DNA of 63,780 bases, filler included, from Folioceros fuciformis (taxonomy: Eukaryota), in NCBI GenBank assembly GCA_049999805.1. It is 6 parts of 6 records of this genome, joined end to end, with 100 filler letters (N's around TTAATTAATTAA, not from the genome) between each part and the next. Parts side by side here need not be neighbours in the genome. Positions count along the whole stretch, not along the records: positions 44,053 to 54,837 come from JBNGIO010005749.1; positions 54,938 to 62,255 come from JBNGIO010005755.1; 4 more parts are not named here. One strand, written 5' to 3'. Position numbers and translations under genes: made by a program. Positions 47,870-59,956 of this stretch are shown piece by piece (the first letter of the stretch is position 1; every line of letters begins with the position of its first letter). The notes below the pieces were generated by a model, which saw only the letters and a list, made by a program, of their open reading frames with translations, searched no databases and was not told where the DNA came from.

Positions 47870-49455
47870 TTGACAAGTATTCAGACAAAGATGAGTTGCG
47901 AAAGCACATCGACACCTTTCATGAATTGTTTACACCTCTAGCGTCGGCTAATGGGCACTTTGCCATCCAGGAGGACATATAGAAGATGTTTTTATACTGT
48001 TCTATGCCCAAACCTTAGTCAGGGTTGATAGATTTCTTGATAGCTCAAAACACTATCACATGGGAGGAGGCTACCTCTAAGATGTTAGCAAAGGAGAATC
48101 GCCAGTTGGATGCAATGGCGGGGTCTTCGACAAGTCTGGAGCATGCAATGTTCGTCAAGGGCAAGGGACAAAAGAACTGGAACAAGGATAAGCAGGGGGA
48201 GTCTTCGCAAGAACGGAAGGACAAGAGAATCTTGAAGAGGGAACAATGCCGGAAATGCTTCAAGTATGGTCATTATGAGAAGGAGTGTAAGGATCAAAAG
48301 ACTGCACATCTCACGGAGGGTGAGAGTAAAGACGAGGTGGCGGAGGCAATGCTCACAGAAGAAGTATCGTACACGTGCTATTGTACACAAGCGAAATGAT
48401 ACTTAACGATAGATTCTGCATGTACATCCCCCATGGTGAAGGACAAGGACCTTCTTCAAGACTACAGGAGGGAGAAGACAACGGTGCGCTTAGGAAATGA
48501 CAACGAGATAGACATTGAGGGTGTGGGGGAGTACAGTCTCAGATTGCTTGATGCTGAGGTCAAGGCAATGGAAGGAGCGCTGTTTGTACCAAACCTACGT
48601 ACAAATCTCATGTCTGTGGCACTGTTGACCGATGCAGGTGTGTAGGTCCTTTTTACGAAGAAGGAAGTTTTGTTTCTAAAGAATGGTTAGATGCACGGTG
48701 ATGTAGTGGCAAAAGGCCATCGTACATGTAACCTATACCAAATGGAGGTCCTTGATGACCAAGAGGTTCTGACAATGTCAAAGAAAGGTGTGCCTTACTA
48801 TGGCATAGACGGTTCGGGCATACCAACGTGAAGTTTCTCCTGGAGATGGAGCGAAAGAAGCTCATGACAGGTGTGGAGCTCTAGAAGGCAGAACTTGGTT
48901 TGTGTAACGCTTGCATGAAAGGCAAGCATCCTCGAAGGTCTTACGTTTCAACCATGAAGAGAGTAAAAGAAGTCTTGGAACTTGTTCACTCTGATCTTTG
49001 CAGACCAATGCAGGTGGAAGCAAGGATGATACAGGCGAGATACTATATTTTGTTTATTGATGACCATAGCAGGAGAACAGCGGTATACTTCCTACGGAAG
49101 AAGAGTGATGCTCTCAAAGCATTCTAGATGTTCCGGGCGATTGCGGAGAAACAAACTGGAAAGGTGCAAGGTGAGACTAGTGGCTCTCGGATTCACTTAG
49201 ATATTGGCATTGTCATGGAGAAACCCATTCAAGTTTTATCGACAACACGAGCTCAATTGAGCTAGTTCATCGACCCGGTTTTCACCCTCGGACTAAGCAC
49301 ATACCCATCCATTTTCATTACGTGCATGATTTAGTCAACCAAGGCGTGATTCAGATCTTGCACCTTCGCATCGAGGCAATGGTGGTGGACATCTTCACCA
49401 GTGTGCTTAGTGGCACAAAGTTTACATTTTTTTGTTCAGCTCTTAGCGTTAGTAA
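47870..49455 (+). mobile_element. Internally deleted Ty1/copia: gag-PR-INT fused to an RNase H tail
   Basis: CRKCFKYGHYEKEC, IDSACTSPM, LWHRRFGHTN, CNACMKGK and LELVHSDLC, then from about 49170 FHPRTKHIPIHFHYVHD..VDIFT. No RT. Confidence 0.88.
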
Positions 49456-49499
49456 GTAGTTTTTACTTGAAGGTTTTTGTTGTAAGAAATACCAAAAAA

Positions 49500-49663
49500 C
49501 CAAGGCAGGGAAGACAGCCGCCATCGAAAGAGTGAGCGCTCCGAGCCCGCACCCGAGGTCGACCACCGCAGATCTCTCCTCCAGCTCGAGGGACTTGAGA
49601 ATGTCTTGTAGCTTCGCCTTGAGTTGCTCCAAGAACTCGTCCGTGACCCTGAGGTAGCATGTC
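49500..49663 (-). pseudogene. Class I SAM-dependent methyltransferase exon fragment
   Basis: CTGTAG| acceptor, then ...LQDILKSLELEERSAVVDLGCGLGALTLSMAAVFP (motif I). It abuts the copia fragment. Confidence 0.6.
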
Positions 49664-50473
49664 CTACAGTGCACAGTCCTGGAACGCTTGCACTGCCACT
49701 CACGTGCAATTCACCTCTCAATTATAGCAAGCGATGGAGAGCAGCACGGGAACCGGCTTTTGGAGATGCTCACTATGTGGCCCCTGCCGAACATCGTCGT
49801 GCAGTACCTTGCCATTCGCCAGCACCAGTCAAGAGGTGATCCTAGAGCAGGAAGCCTTGCCTAGCCAGCTCCGCCAACGCTAGAGTCTGGACATGTGAAC
49901 TAACTACGTCAATCCGGTCCAGTCCGGTCTGTTGGTCGATCCCTCTTAATATCAAAGCCCGAGGAGCAGCATTCAAAGCAAGCTCCAATGAGCGGCTCGA
50001 TTCCTAGTCTAGTTTTTCATATCGGATTGGCAAATTTACTCACATAGCCAATCTAGTTTGTCAATGGATTGGGTTTGAAGGACTACTTTGAAACGGTTCC
50101 GAGACCACAAAAAAATTACTTCAAAAATGTGATCTTGAAAGAAAACTTTTAAGGACCATAAATTTTGGGGCTGACAGCAACCTCTTGCAAGGTCGTTTAA
50201 GAAAGATGTTGGGCTACCTTAATTGTATTCTACGTGCTTTCAAATTGCATTTTTAGTCTTCAACTATAATTCCTCTGTTCATCCTACACAATTAACTCAT
50301 GATATTTATCTCATATAATTATTTTGTACTATTTATCCTTTATAATTATCTGATACTAGTTATCTCATGTGTATATGGCTTACTAAAGATCATTTGTATA
50401 TTTTATTTGAATAAATATGTACATGTATCGCTTAAGATGTGTATGATTAGGCATTTCGTAAAGTGGTATTTTC

Positions 50474-50577
50474 TGTGATGGAAAAAGAGATGGAAAGTCC
50501 CATTTACTCCAAGAACAAGAAACGGTGTGATTGAAAAAGAGATGGAAAGTCCCATCTACTCCAAGAACAAGAAACGG
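50474..50577. repeat. 52-nt tandem duplication; core recurs at about 61059-61089 (dispersed repeat)
   Basis: aaaaagagatggaaagtcccatYtactccaa is present three times in the window. Confidence 0.8.
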
Positions 50578-51002
50578 AAGGAAGGTGATCATCCTATTTA
50601 TGCCGGTTGACTGCATGCTTGTAGACCAAGCTCCTTCTAAGTTGAGCTCTCGTTTTATAATCTGTCTCAAATCATAGTAACTAGGTGAAGGTTGAGACCG
50701 AGATTCCATGGTTATTAAATTTGTTTGCTTTCTATCACTAGGGAACAAGAAGGTAAAGAACTCTCGGAATTTTTTTTACGTTTGGAGCCACATTGTGTTT
50801 GTCTCAATTTGAATGGGTCTGGCATTCTTGGGGTTAAGGAACTCCAAGACCGCATTGACGGATACGGGCTGTGTACGTGCAAAAGTAACTAAGCACTCGC
50901 ATTTGGGCCTTTAGGGCTCTGTCGCGTTAGTAGGCGACACAAACGTCAAGGAACCCATAGCGGAAACCTTTCGTCCTGAGTCAGCAGCAGCCCACAGAAG
51001 CT

Positions 51003-52481
51003 ATGAATGAGACGGAGGCTAGGGTTCTGGCAACCGGAGAAAGCTGCCGTTGCGGTCCGGTTGCGGATAGCGAAGATGGATGTAGTGCAGGGGTGGCAAG
51101 TATCTACGGAGTAAACCACGGCTCAGGGGTTCCGAGGAGTATTGATGACGATTATGCATGTGGCAGGGTGATGGTTCCTAGCGGGAGAGGAGAGGGAGCC
51201 AGTGGAAGAGGTGCTATGGCTTTGCGGAAGGGAAGGTTTTGCAGGGTAGAGACTGCGGATGGACAGATTGAGGAGATTGAGCTAGAGATAGCCTTGTTGA
51301 TGTCGCCCAATCTTTACAGACAGGTGGCGTGCCACGGTAGTGCACCGTCTCATAAGTTTCCTTCCATAGTGTTGCCCAAGCAAGTGACGCCGGATGCGTT
51401 GAAGCTCATCATGGAGTACTGCCGTTTCCACCAGGCCCCTGGCCGGTCCGACAAGGAGCGCAAGATTTACGACGAAAAATTTATTCGAACGTTGGACACA
51501 AAGAAGCTCTGCGAGATGGCATCAGCTGCGGACAGCCTCAAGATGAGTCCGCTGGTAGAGTTGACCTGCCAGGCGTTGGCCAAGATGATCGAGGGCAAGA
51601 CCCCCGAAGAGGTACGCGAGATCTTCCACCTTCCAGATGATCTGACAGAGGAGGAGAAGTTGGAGCCTATGAAGAACTCGATGGGGGACCCCAGGATCAG
51701 ATTGTTGAATCGGCTTTACGCCCGGAAGCGGAAGGAGTTGTACGAAAAGAGGAATGTGGAACCGAAAACATCCGTATCTACTGAGCAGGCCATGGATCAC
51801 CGCTCCGTAGATGATTTGCTGTCCTTCATCGATGGAGAGAAAATAGATGAGCCCAAGTCGAAGAAGGGGCCCCGCAGACGAAAGAAAAGAAATAAGGATC
51901 GCAGCAGTGACGGACTTCTATGTCATTCAGATGACGAGGATGACAATGCCTCTACCTGCAAGGATAGCTTGGGCGGGCGAGCTATCTCGTCCAGCCCTGA
52001 TTGCTGCGTTCCTTCTACTGGATCTATCAAGTACGTCGAGTCTGTATCCAGGTTTAGGGGAAAGAAAGTTCGCCAGGAATCTAGATGTAAACCTAGCAAT
52101 TCACCTCACTCCAGAAGTCATAGGGTAGAGGGAGTGACATTGGGAGGTCCTGCAGCAAGCAGCTTGGGAAACTCCGGGGGACGAGTTATGCAGCATTTGG
52201 ATTGGCAAGACCTTCTGAAGATGCGGCATCACGGTCAAATCAGCTTCACGGCAGAAGGGAATGGCATGTCTTTGCACAATATGGGTAGTTTGCATGATCT
52301 CAAACATATAGGTCAGAGCCTGATTGATACAGAAGCGGTTGCAAGGATGCTCAACGACGAAGACGACTTTGATGATGACGACGGATTGGATCCTGTGTTG
52401 AGGGAGCAGATTGACAAGGAAGTCGAAGACTTTGCCAAACGGTTAAATGTAGAACAACGTTGGTCATTGAGGCCAAACTGA
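51003..52481 (+). CDS. SKP1-like protein of the ASK20/ASK21 (type II) class, 492 aa, intronless
   Basis: LPKQVTPDALKLIMEYCRFHQAPGRSDKERKIYDEKF, AADSL, IEGKTPEEVREIFHLPDDLTEEEKLEP, DPRIRLLNRLYARKRKEL, RSVDDLLSFI and IDKEVEDFAKRLN. Confidence 0.93.
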   Translation: MNETEARVLATGESCRCGPVADSEDGCSAGVASIYGVNHGSGVPRSIDDDYACGRVMVPSGRGEGASGRGAMALRKGRFCRVETADGQIEEIELEIALLMSPNLYRQVACHGSAPSHKFPSIVLPKQVTPDALKLIMEYCRFHQAPGRSDKERKIYDEKFIRTLDTKKLCEMASAADSLKMSPLVELTCQALAKMIEGKTPEEVREIFHLPDDLTEEEKLEPMKNSMGDPRIRLLNRLYARKRKELYEKRNVEPKTSVSTEQAMDHRSVDDLLSFIDGEKIDEPKSKKGPRRRKKRNKDRSSDGLLCHSDDEDDNASTCKDSLGGRAISSSPDCCVPSTGSIKYVESVSRFRGKKVRQESRCKPSNSPHSRSHRVEGVTLGGPAASSLGNSGGRVMQHLDWQDLLKMRHHGQISFTAEGNGMSLHNMGSLHDLKHIGQSLIDTEAVARMLNDEDDFDDDDGLDPVLREQIDKEVEDFAKRLNVEQRWSLRPN

Positions 52482-53308
52482 GATCCCTCTGAGGCGGCTG
52501 TTGGGTGTCCTCATTGCATTGGACGTTTGCACGCTTTCTGCTTCTGGGTTGTTCTGGATGTTTGAGGTTGGTGGACGGGTATGACTGGTCTGGGGGTCTT
52601 CACATGCTCCTTTATCCCAGTCCTTCCAACACGTTCTGCTACTCGTGTTTGTCTTGAACCCTACCCGCCTCTGGGAAACATATTATTAATGTAGTACCTG
52701 TGGCGAGCCCAGGGGTCCTGAATGAATGTGGGAGACAACAAGACCTGGATCAATGACAAAAATATAAACGCCGAAAGACCCATACAAGCTAAGAAGATGG
52801 AACTTGGTCTGTCATCTCCACGGGTCATATGCTAAATGACGCTCGATTTGGCGCGCTCTTCCAACTTTGCGGCATCTGATCCACTTGATCCCTTGTGCCG
52901 CGATTGTGTTTAGTGACATCCACTTCACCCCCCTTTACCCTGATGGTGTCTAGTGACGCTCGCCTTTCCTTCCCTGCAGTGTCCTGTATGAAGAAAAGTG
53001 AGCACCAAGTTCAGCGCACTAAGATTGGTAATCCATGCATACATACGGAATTATATGTGGGTGAGAATGAATTTTAAAGAGATGCAAAATTTTGTCAACC
53101 TTAAAGATGAGGAGAACAACCCAAAGAGGGCCAAAGCCAAAACTTTATCATGTTCTACATAGTTCTAAGATATATTCTTTAGGTTCTAATTTAATTGTGC
53201 TGCACAAAACCTATGGGTTTCTAAGATGCCTACTTAATATACCTAACATTAACATCAAAGGCTTACTCCCTCAACTCTAGCGCTAAACTTTATATGTTTC
53301 TAACACTC

Positions 53309-54837
53309 TGTGGGGTTAAAATATGGTACCCGGGGGTACTACGAGGTCCACACAAGCCCTCTATGTCGTTGTAGCTCTGGGATTCGATCCCAAGGGAATG
53401 ATTTGTGTTAAACTACACAGGTTAGCTTCCAAAGTCAATTAACACCTAAAGCTCGACTGACCCACGCACACACGTCCAGTGCTCGGACCTTACCAAGCCC
53501 CCTTACTTCTCCCACCAGACGACCCCTCAACCACCCAGTCACCCCAGGGACTACTCTTGGTTGCCCACCGGGCTACCCTCCGTTGCTTTTCGGGCTACCT
53601 CCGTCGCCTTTCGGGTGACAGTCGCATGACGGTCTACTGCTCATGGGTCCCACACACACACACACTCTCTCTCTCAGTTCCCTCTCCCTAGGGTTTCCTC
53701 TCTCCCACCAGTTCTCTGTATACATTCTACCCGTCTTAACAGTCGTCGAATCACTTCCACTCCGCTTCACTTCCTGCTTCCACTCCTTCTGGCTTCCTTT
53801 TCGCATTCGCTCTTACCCACTACTCGGCCGCTCGCTCCTCCTCCTTCTCACACACGCGCACTCTCGCGCTCTCCTTTCTCCGTTTCTTCAGTCTTCTTTC
53901 TCAGCGATGCCCCTCCTGGGCTCCTATTAACGTTGAGGAATGGTGAGGTATCGGGGCTAAGGAAAGAGGAGTCCCTTCCACTCCGAACTCGCGGATTCGG
54001 CTCCGACGCCCGCACCACTCCTCGTGACCACCTAGAGGATAGCTGGGGAGCTTCTCTCCCACTCGGCGAGGCTCCTCCTCCCGATTCGTCCCCGGACCTG
54101 GTCACGAAGCGCCCACCACCTACACCTGCACCCCAGGTTGCTACGTGCGCTCGCTTGCCTGGGCTTGCTGTCTAGCAACGGCCATCGCTAGGTCCCTGCA
54201 GGGTCAACTGTTCGGCTGGTTCTTGCTGATTTCTTAGGCCTTCAAACCGGCCTCTTGTACACAGTGATGGCGGTTGCGCCATAAAGTTTGTCAGGCAGGG
54301 GAGCTGCGCTCTTAAATTCTGAGTGACTTAGGTCCAAATAAAGCACGCTAAAAATCCTATTCTAGCCTGCATTTATTATCGCCCTTTCCCACGCCGCTGG
54401 CGGCTTCCTCCTGGCCTTCGCGCGTCACCCCTTGCTGCTCCTCCTCTCGCTCTGCTGCCCCTCCGTTGGTCCGGCAGATCCTCCCGGAGGATCTCCACAT
54501 CAATGCTGCTACTGCTGGACCTGGCTAGCGGCGCAGGTGGGTCCCGCCGCTGTGGTCCACCACTCCTCCTCCTTCTCTGGTTGCTGAGGACAGCCACAGG
54601 CCCCCGTTCTACCCAGCGCTAGGCCTCCTCTTCCGTCAGTTCCTCTAGAACTGCCTGCGCATAGCAGTGGGGCAGTCCTATCACCCACCAGCTGTAGTGG
54701 TAGAGTCCCAGGCGCGTCCTCAACTGTAGGCCATAGCCCCGCATCCCTCCTGTGCCCATACGTACATACAGAAACAGCTTCAGAACCCTGGCCCCTTCTA
54801 CATACAGGCCTGGCACATAGGAGGCCTCCTCCTCATA
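53309..54837 (-). mobile_element. Probable 3' LTR (about 53309-54124) plus adjacent internal sequence of an LTR retroelement
   Basis: TG...CA termini (TGTGG at 53309, CTACA at 54124); purine-rich GGGGTGCAGG before TGT on the minus strand; upstream GC-rich broken ORF. Confidence 0.5.
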
Positions 54838-54937
54838 NNNNNNNNNNNNNNNNNNNNNNNNNNNNNNNNNNNNNNNNNNNNTTAATTAATTAANNNNNNN
54901 NNNNNNNNNNNNNNNNNNNNNNNNNNNNNNNNNNNNN
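54838..54937. other. Artificial contig linker
   Basis: N44-TTAATTAATTAA-N44. Confidence 0.98.
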
Positions 54938-56505
54938 AGACCCACACCAAGAAAAAGTGCTGCAGGCGGATTTCCATCATTCCTGAGCCAGCCGCAGGCT
55001 CAATTCTATCATTCCTGAGCCTGCCGCAGCTCAATTCAGTGCGAGTCCCGGGCGCGGGAGCTGGAGGAGTCCAGGCACTCCTTTTGACTTTCACGGATCT
55101 CGAGAATGCGAGACCAGAAAGTGCCCCTCCGACCCACAGTTCCTATGTTGCAGACCAACTCGGGTGCCGCCCACCCGGCCAACACGATACCTCACGCTGC
55201 ATCAGCTAGTCTACACAGTTTCCTTCGTCGTCTAGCAGACAGCAGCAGAGGTACGAGCCCGGCCGGCACAGGCATGGGCCGGGGAAATGGTGCGAGCCGT
55301 TCAGACAGCAGGTCCCGAGCAGAATGAGGCAGCCGGTCAGGGCAGGCACTGGTGGCAACAATCGTCGCCTGGGCACGGTTTCTTCTCATGCTTCCTACGC
55401 AATCAGAGGTGGGAAACAACAGCGCCTCATCGAAGCGAAGAGCAGATACTGGATTTGGTAGGACTCAGGCCAGCTCAGTACTTGCAGTGTCCAAAAACTA
55501 TTTCTTTTGGCAAAGACTTCCACCTTGTCCGCATTCTGTGCGGGGTCTTCCATAGATTCCGACTTGTCCATGTGACCAGGCTTGCTCGTCGAGTTCTCCG
55601 AAACTTCGACAAGACCTGGGTCATCGTGTTTCTAGTTTTGGCGAAAAGCGCACCGTTCCTTTCAGTACGCAGAGCCAGGTCACCCAAGATGCTCTTCATC
55701 TGGGCCCATCGTGCTCCTGATACTTCTCTCTAGTCTTCTATATTATGTACATACATATTTCTTTCTAAGTTGCGCAACAAGAAGCGATGCATAGATTTAT
55801 CCCACCTATTAAAATAGGAGTTTTAAAAAAAATATTAACTCTAAATTAAAGACCTGAGCAATAGCATTCAATCTGTGAGTCTTTTCTATATTCAACTTGA
55901 AAAAGAAATATATTTTTTTTCTTTCTTGAACATGAATTATATGCATATATATGTTATATATATTCATCACTTTATCATACAAAAAATAGTAATTTTAAAA
56001 ATTCTTAATTAACATGCTTTAGTAGTCAAATCGAAAAATAGGCATTTTTTATAAAAATCAGTCTAATTTAGCATTGATTTTGATGTTGACACTTTGCTAC
56101 AAATTAACAAACAAGTCCTTGAAATATGTAACTACATACCTAGTTTGATGATATTGGAATCAAAAACATGGTTGCAAAATGTGCTCACTTGTACATTCAT
56201 AAAGATCTTTTGGTTTATTCGAACTAGAGCTAAATTTCATTATCTTCCAAGTCTCATAAAAACCCACACACATGCTATGGCACAGCAAAATTGGAATGTA
56301 ATCCAGATGTTCCAATGAAGAAATAAGGTTGGAAGAAGATGCAACTGCCAATACATGTGCTCACTATGTATAGTTATAAGTTCATGAGACTTCTTATGAC
56401 TAGGAGGTATAGATGGCAATTGATTATCATCACATTCTTTGTAATACTGGGCTTTAATCTTGTTATCATGGACACTGAAATTTGTATCAGCTATTGAAGC
56501 ATTTG

Positions 56506-59500
56506 TTAAACTTTCAAGATTTCTATTGGTTCTCCACCACTAAAAGTATCAGACTGTGAATTTGAATGCAAGCATAATTGTGAGGCAAGACCACTATTGG
56601 AGCTACTACCAAGATGTGAAAAGTTTGGTGGATATGGCAACATAGGAGTAAGGATTGGGGAAGGAGTTATAAGATTAGAGGGAGGAAATGGGACTCTTCC
56701 CCATGCGTGAAGGAAAGGATTATTGAAACCATTTTGATCAATTGGAGTTTGAAGTTTTGTTTCCAAACTTTGGGGAGTAGGAGGAGGAACTTGTCCAACT
56801 AAAGTTTTATTTGAACCATCCATAATATGGGTGGGAGTAGGACCCAAATTTTGATATGAGGGAGATGATATGGATGCTGCAGAATTAGAAGTAGGATCAC
56901 TTGTGGGTGGAATGGGAAGCCACAAGCCAGGGAACATGGGAGGCCCGGTCCTATTGAGTGTTGCATTTGCAGTAAAAATCTTTGGTGAAATGGGTGGCAT
57001 CCCCCAATGAGGCCATGCATTAGGTTGTAATGAAGGGTTCCCCCAAGGTGCATTAAGTTGAAAATCCTTGAGTGTGTTTTGAAAATTTGTGTTCCAATTA
57101 GGACATCCAAACAATGCTGATGGATTGGGGAGTTTATCTAACATCAGAGAAGAAATGTATGAAGAAGGTATAGAATTGAACATGGATTGAGTAGGTGTTG
57201 ATGCATTTGTATTAGTTGCAAAAGGAACATTAGCCTCTTGTTTCATAGACTCATTGTCTTCCTCTTTATGGCTAGTCCATATGCTTGCATCATCTTTTTC
57301 TTGGGGTTTTACAACATCATTAGATTCATCAAGCATGGAGTACTGGTCATACAGTGTGGATAAAAGTTGGGATTTGAATACAAGTGAAGGAGGAGGATAC
57401 ATAGGATTAGAAGGGTTTTGAATGCTTGGAGGAGCACTTTGAGAGCATGAAGTATCTGTCCCCTCTACTGTTGTTGGATCTAGGAGCCATTGGGGTTCTG
57501 CAATAGTATTGGGTACAGCACTTTCAACTTTGGCATCATTTGATATAGTGGGTGTTGTAGTTGGTGAGGCCTCAGCAACAAGTTCTGAAGAATATGTGGT
57601 TGGATACACATTACCACTACTCCCAGCACCCACACCAATGGATATACCATCTCCAAGCTCTTTTAGAAAAGTAAGATACTCTGTATCGAGTACTTTTTCC
57701 TGTATTACACCATGCAATGTTTGCATAAATTTAACATCATTTTACTCATTTTATGTTTTCAAATGAATTAAACTAAGTAATATCTAAAACTATAGGAAAT
57801 GAATTGATAATAAACCTTATAAGTCCCTGTATTTGTATTTGTACTTGTATTTGTATTTGAGGATGTACAATCTGCAGTTGGATGACTCCCATCTCCACAT
57901 ATTGCACATGTTACCTAAACATAAAGATTCATATATCTAATTATTTTATGTATACTGAACTTAAGCAAAACATTACAAGTAGAACATTGTTAGCAACCTT
58001 AACACGAGGAGGTAAAGAAAGCTTGTCTTTTGGGCAACACCAATCTTTGTGCCCAAGCTCTCCACAATTAGAGCATCTGGTTGTCTCCCTCACAGTCCCT
58101 AAATAATAACGAAGAGTGTGTTAGCCAACATATTAACATGGATCACTAAGATACTAATGGTGCAAAAATGTGATACATCAATCACCATTCATCTCTGCTA
58201 ATTCTCGTAGCTGCTTCCTCTTATGTGCATTTTTCTCTTCCTGAAAAAGAAAGTTTAAGGAAAGTTACTAATACAACAATGCAAAACTATTTAAAGTAAG
58301 CATGATTATATTGATATATTATTATATCAATATATATATATATATCTATAATGTATGTATGATATATTTTTGGGGGGAATATAAGTAATGAAAGAATAGA
58401 TGCATGAAAAATGAATTGTTATTGGAGTCACTAATGACATTTATAACCTCACTTCCTTTTATAACCTTACATCCACAGGAGTTAATAATGGCTTGATTAA
58501 TGTTATAGCAGCATCTATTTTGTCGTAGGAGTCACTTGTGATGTGGACATGAAGATCATCAAATGCACCTTCCATGTTCTTTTGTAAGCCTTGTATGTGC
58601 TGTAAAAATGAAACGGTATGTAATGTAACTGACTGTGATACACTTATGATTTAATTTTACATCTGTTTGTGTTACTACTATCATAAATGAATTTTGTCAT
58701 ACCTTACCCTCTTTGACAGCACCCTTGCCTCGTATGGCTATTCTAGTGCCAGTTTCCTATGCATACAAATACATTAGTTGATGAAGTCTTAAGCATGAAC
58801 ATCTATGTGTTAATCAAGTGTCAAGCAAAAACAACAACAAATACCATTTCCATTCGTTTCTGAGTATTTCCTCGAGGCCCAAGAATCAATCCAATAAAAT
58901 TATATCCTGGATAATCTTGAACCTGTTGAGAATTCTATTAAATGGCTATAGATTTAAAATAGCTATTGAATCAAAAGCTCCCAAATTCTCGCACTTACTG
59001 GTATGAATAGCTTAGCTTCTTTGCAAACTGGTCTATATCCGGTAGGAGGTTTGTAGAGGGGATTAAGTTTCATGCATTCACCTGAATCAACACGACAATT
59101 GTAGTTGTCTTTCTCGTGTCATAAGATGGTAAAATTACTGATAAACTTAGAATATCACATTACCTATAGCTTCTCGTCTTTCTAGCTCCAGTTGTTCTTT
59201 CTTTCTTCCCTAATCAGAAGAACATACATGAGATTGTTAGTTCAATGCTCATATAAGTATACTTCATCCAAGTAGCAATTTAAGCAAAGAAAAGGGAAGA
59301 GATGCTTCCATACCTCTCTTGTGTTTGTTCTTTGGCCATTTGCATCGTATATAGGCGGTGGTGATGAAGAACGTGTGGTATCAATCAAATCTACCTCCAA
59401 CTTTCCCGAGTCCAATTGCGCAGCGATCTGCTCTGCACGAGTCTGCTCAAAATTCGTACCACCAGACAGGTAGCAACATCACTTAATGCCACCTGGAATA

Positions 59501-59956
59501 TGAATTACCGTATGAGAATGAAACAACACCACCAAGTTTTGTTAAGTTGAACATGGGCCACAAGCTTTCTATAGCAGCTTGATGTTGTTATGGATTTCAT
59601 GTTCCACACATTGAGGTACATAAATTACAGAGGACTTGGCAAATGGGTTTGAGCTCTACCTGCAAAGCAAGAGCTCTGCCTCTTTTCACCATTGGATCTT
59701 CAGTCAAATCAATCCCCCACTTTGTTTTTCTAGAAGGTAAATTTGGTGTAGGTTCTTCAATTTGTTCCTTTGGCTCCCACTTTGGCTTCTTNNNNNNNNN
59801 NNNNNNNNNNNNNNNNNNNNNNNNNNNNNNNNNNNNNNNNNNNNNNNNNNNNNNNNNNNNNNNNNNNNNNNNNNNNNNNNNNNNNNNNNNNGCTCCTAGC
59901 ACCTTGGCTTTTGGAATTACAAATTGAAGCTTTGCTTTAGGTTTCATATCATCCAT
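56506..59956 (-). CDS. SF1/BBP-like KH-QUA2 protein with two CCHC zinc knuckles and a Pro/Ser-rich tail; about 11 exons; 100-N gap in exon 1
   Basis: Spliced: [42 protein letters not shown]|..[21 protein letters not shown]|..[39 protein letters not shown]|..[31 protein letters not shown]|..[14 protein letters not shown]|..[14 protein letters not shown]|..[12 protein letters not shown]. All introns are GT-AG. Confidence 0.9.

Noticed and set aside
54938..55733. Overlapping short ORFs in a GC-rich segment
   Set aside because: No recognisable domain and no consistent exon structure.
23725..59956. Apparent cluster of splicing genes (SF3A1, PRP38, SF1-like)
   Set aside because: They lie on three different contigs joined artificially, and one is a pseudogene.
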